A stretch of 26,009 nucleotides of DNA from Bacillota bacterium (GTDB taxonomy: Bacteria > Bacillota > Clostridia > Peptostreptococcales > Anaerovoracaceae). The stretch covers positions 1-26,009 of the forward strand of contig JAFYFK010000204.1 of NCBI GenBank assembly GCA_017543805.1. Direction: 5' to 3'. A program made the translations under genes and the position numbers. Numbering within the stretch: position 1 is the first letter of the stretch; each line of letters starts with the position of its first letter. This document shows positions 24,256-26,009 of the stretch, piece by piece. Under the pieces are notes generated by a model, which did no database searches, was not told the DNA's origin, and was given only the letters and a program-made list of their open reading frames with translations.

Positions 24256-25606
24256 TTCGTTTCTCCTTTCTTCCAAATACCCCGTCCTTCCAGGGCTTTT
24301 CGATAATTATATCAGCAAATTCGCCCTCCGTGTCAATATCGGATGGGAAATATACAACAGTGTAGTTGGACGCGTGACCTTTCCATACAGGCGTTCCGTC
24401 CGGCATCAGGTCGCTGTCCGGTTCCTCGGCAAGGACGCGCTGGACGGTTCCGGTCAGTCCTTCGCGGAACCTGAGGGAAACGCCGTCCGCGAATTCTATC
24501 AGCCTGCGGTTGCGCTCCTTTTTCTCCTGCATGTCTATCTGCCCGTCCATTTCCGCCGCCGGGGTAAACAGCCGCTTGGAATACGGGAACGCATGCACGT
24601 GAAGGAAGTCTGCCCTGTCCACCAGTTTAAAGCTGTCCTGAAGATCTTCCTCTGTCTCTCCGGGGAAACCGACTATGATATCCGTCGTAATACCGTAATG
24701 AGGATCGAACGCCCTCAGCGCATCCACTATGTTCAGATAATCCGACGATGTGTAGTGACGGTTCATCGAATAAATTACTTTGTCGCTGCCGCTTTGGGCT
24801 GACAGATGCAGATGATGACAGAGCTTATCGTATTTAAAAAGGCGCTTTACGTAATCCGCGTCTACCACGGTAGGCTCCAGTGAACTCAAACGTATGCGGA
24901 AATCCCCGGGGAGCGCATCGATGGCGGCTATAACAGTTTCAACGCCGGAAAGCCCGGAAGACGCCGGTCCGAAGCCGGCCTCAGTGCCGTAGAGGGCTGT
25001 GTTGATGCCTGTCAGGACTATCTCCTTATATCCGAGGCCGATCAGCTGGCGGGCCTCCTCAACGATGCTGTCCAGCGGGCGCGAACGCACAGGCCCTCTG
25101 GCGTAAGGGATTATGCAGTAGGAACAGAAGCGGTTGCAGCCCTCCTCGATCTTGATCATGGCGCGGGTCTTGCTCTCCGGGACCACGGTCACTTCGTGCT
25201 CGGGGTATTTTACAGCGCTGACCCTGGCCTCTGTTACATAATTCTGCTTTCTGTCGACAAGTCCGTTGAAATAGTCTTCGACATGTTTGTAGACCTGATC
25301 CTTGTCCGCAGTGCCCATGACTATGTCGGCTTCTTCAATTCCGGAGACCTCGTCCGGATTGGTCTGCGGATAGCAGCCCATAATAACGACAAGAGCGTCA
25401 GGGTTCTGACGCTTCATCCTCCGTATATACTGCCTGGACTTGCGGTCCGCGAGCCTTGTGACGGAACAGCTGTTTACGATATAGCAATCGGAGGGCTCAT
25501 CCGCGGACACCACTTCGTATCCGCGCTTTCTGAAACCCTCCGCCATTTCCGACGATTCATACTGATTGACCTTGCAGCCAAGTGTATAAAATGCGATCTT
25601 TCTCAT
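24248..25606 (-). CDS. mtaB: tRNA t6A37 methylthiotransferase MtaB
   Basis: UPF0004 [11 protein letters not shown] and NSCSVT, radical-SAM CNRFCSYC, C-terminal TRAM-like region; conserved dnaJ...mtaB-HIT context. Confidence 0.9.
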   Translation of the reverse strand: MRKIAFYTLGCKVNQYESSEMAEGFRKRGYEVVSADEPSDCYIVNSCSVTRLADRKSRQYIRRMKRQNPDALVVIMGCYPQTNPDEVSGIEEADIVMGTADKDQVYKHVEDYFNGLVDRKQNYVTEARVSAVKYPEHEVTVVPESKTRAMIKIEEGCNRFCSYCIIPYARGPVRSRPLDSIVEEARQLIGLGYKEIVLTGINTALYGTEAGFGPASSGLSGVETVIAAIDALPGDFRIRLSSLEPTVVDADYVKRLFKYDKLCHHLHLSAQSGSDKVIYSMNRHYTSSDYLNIVDALRAFDPHYGITTDIIVGFPGETEEDLQDSFKLVDRADFLHVHAFPYSKRLFTPAAEMDGQIDMQEKKERNRRLIEFADGVSLRFREGLTGTVQRVLAEEPDSDLMPDGTPVWKGHASNYTVVYFPSDIDTEGEFADIIIEKPWKDGVFGRKEKRNG

Positions 25607-26009
25607 TATTTGAACATATCCTTAAGCGTATCGGAAAAACGCTTGCGCTTGCTGTAACCCTCGAGTCCCTTGTTCTCGCCGAACTTTCTGATCATTTCCT
25701 TCTGTTCGGAATTGAGCTTTGTAGGCACCTCGATATTGACCTCGACGTACATGTCTCCGGGCTTCTTGGTGCGGACGTTCGGCACGCCCTTTCCCTTCAT
25801 GCGGAGCACCGTTCCGGTCTGCGTGCCCGCCGGGACCTTGCAGGAAAGCTTTTCCGTAAGTCCGGGGACTGTGATGGTGTCGCCGAGCGCAGCCTGCGTG
25901 AATGTGATCGGCACCTGAAGCCAGAGATCGTCCCCGTCGCGCTTGAAGACCTCGTGCGGGGCTACGCCGAGCACCAGATACAGGTCTCCTGAGCCTCCGC
26001 CGTTGGAGC
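25606..26009 (-). CDS. dnaJ: Chaperone DnaJ, C-terminal part (5' end outside window)
   Basis: Frame is open to the window edge: [45 protein letters not shown]. Confidence 0.92.
   Translation of the reverse strand, partial: SNGGGSGDLYLVLGVAPHEVFKRDGDDLWLQVPITFTQAALGDTITVPGLTEKLSCKVPAGTQTGTVLRMKGKGVPNVRTKKPGDMYVEVNIEVPTKLNSEQKEMIRKFGENKGLEGYSKRKRFSDTLKDMFK

Overview
Chromosomal window from an anaerobic Firmicute (Clostridia-like gene content; inferred, not assigned). The core backbone is a minus-strand run ftsE-ftsX-envC-like M23-recJ-ctpA-HI0933 flavoprotein-FAD oxidoreductase, a divergent DUF523/TudS-like gene, and at the right end dnaJ(partial)-mtaB-hinT. Between DUF523 and hinT lies a ~13.1 kb accessory block bounded by an exact 32-bp direct repeat that is itself a bidirectional terminator hairpin (10722-10753 and 23859-23890). 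The block carries a 61-aa double-glycine-leader peptide gene directly upstream of a 3120-aa SLH-anchored surface protein, a secreted S8 protease, and, divergently, an inverted XRE-HTH/REC response regulator coupled to a multi-TM LytS-type kinase. Together these are a candidate peptide-signalling module controlling a giant surface protein. Separately, the 275-bp gap between the two flavoprotein genes holds a ~200-nt rod-like fold with a k-turn-like loop and a GNRA tetraloop on the + strand, a candidate ncRNA. A second, paralogous 7TM LytS-type kinase is at the window start. No integrase, transposase, CRISPR array, tRNA or rRNA was seen.
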